A stretch of DNA of 63,647 bases, counting the filler, from Choristocarpus tenellus KU-1152 (Eukaryota > Protista > Phaeophyceae), in the NCBI GenBank assembly GCA_964200185.2. It is 9 parts of 9 records of this genome, joined end to end, with 100 filler letters (N's around TTAATTAATTAA, not from the genome) between each part and the next. Parts side by side here need not be neighbours in the genome. Positions count along the whole stretch, not along the records: positions 61,012 to 63,647 come from CAXNAD020026075.1; 8 more parts are not named here. The stretch is one strand, 5' to 3'. Both the position numbers and the translations under genes were made by a program. Below, piece after piece: positions 62,841 to 63,647 of the stretch; position 1 is the stretch's first letter; every line of letters starts with the position of its first letter. The notes below the pieces were generated by a model. It saw only the letters and a program-made list of their open reading frames with translations, searched no databases and was not told the origin of the DNA.

Positions 62841-63647
62841 TGGGTTCTCTTCTTTTTCTTTTCTATTCTTTCTTTCTTCTTTCACTATTTTGCTTTTTTT
62901 GTAACTTCTCAACTACTGTTTATTGCGTTTTTCGACGTCCATGGAATGGTATGGGTATGTAGGGGCCTGTCAGATTCTTGGGATGCTTCTCTGTAGTGTA
63001 GGGGTAAGCTAGGTTGAAGGCATAAGAGGGGAGTGATGTAGGATAGGTGGTAGTCAAATAGTAAATAAATTTTAGATATCTTCCACATTTACAACTGTTA
63101 CTTTTACAGAAGTTCTTATGATATTGAATCGGCATTTCCTCTGATCTACAAAACATCCGACGGCATAATAATATATATGGAATGGTACAACTATGAACGA
63201 AACTGATGGTGATCTGGATATCCCATATATCCCACCAGGTTATTGACTCTTCCCTTGCTTCTAGACCACCTTCATAGCATCATTTTCGGAGTAGTTTCAA
63301 ATACAACGGCCGTAGCAGTTACTTGTTTCCAAATACTACCATTATTGTTGGTGCATCTAAAAAAGGACTTCCTACTTTGAAATATAAGATATATAGATGT
63401 AAGTTTCTACATACCAGAATTTCCGGTTTGTGTAATGGGAGGAAATCGTAGTGGTAAAGAGAAGATGGACCACGGAATGATGGGTTAGTAGCAGAGTGGA
63501 GGAAAAGTCACAAGTGGACAACGAAAGGAAGAACCCACGCTCTGATGAGGAGTGAGGAGCCTACGAAAAGGGTTACGCGGAAATTAACACAAGGAGATCG
63601 ATCAAGTTTCTACGGGCATAACCTGTTGTTCAAGAGAGGGGAGGGGG

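Noticed and set aside
1-63647. tRNA, rRNA or other structured ncRNA genes; autonomous transposase for the MITEs
   Set aside because: None recognised by eye; an Infernal/Rfam scan and a transposase HMM search would be needed to exclude them.

Overview
Intron-rich eukaryotic DNA, not prokaryotic. It consists of nine segments joined by eight artificial 100-nt linkers (44 N + TTAATTAATTAA + 44 N), so adjacency across linkers is not evidence. Gene content, intron style and a TTAGGG-type repeat suggest a flagellated stramenopile, possibly a brown alga or relative (inference). Recognisable spliced genes are: COG1 with an unexpected EF-hand, head-to-head with the axonemal WD40 gene CFAP57/WDR65 (3' part missing); a large orphan coiled-coil gene; a C3orf33/LCL3-like SNase-fold gene; a ZnT9/SLC30A9-like cation-diffusion facilitator; and fragments of a PWWP-domain gene and a possible EF-hand-like gene. 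Transposon remnants include an RTE-like LINE, Ty1/copia pieces, a deleted pogo/Tigger element and a possible hAT fragment. The most distinctive signal is a set of at least three MITE families (~20 copies or fragments) with related GAG(T/C)CAAAGTA-type termini. Five family-A copies have exact, sequence-nonspecific 4-bp target-site duplications (Sola2-like). The MITEs nest in one another, family A carries a conserved central hairpin, and one junction contains telomeric repeats. GC-AG introns occur three times. All family assignments come from motif recognition by eye; no database search was run.
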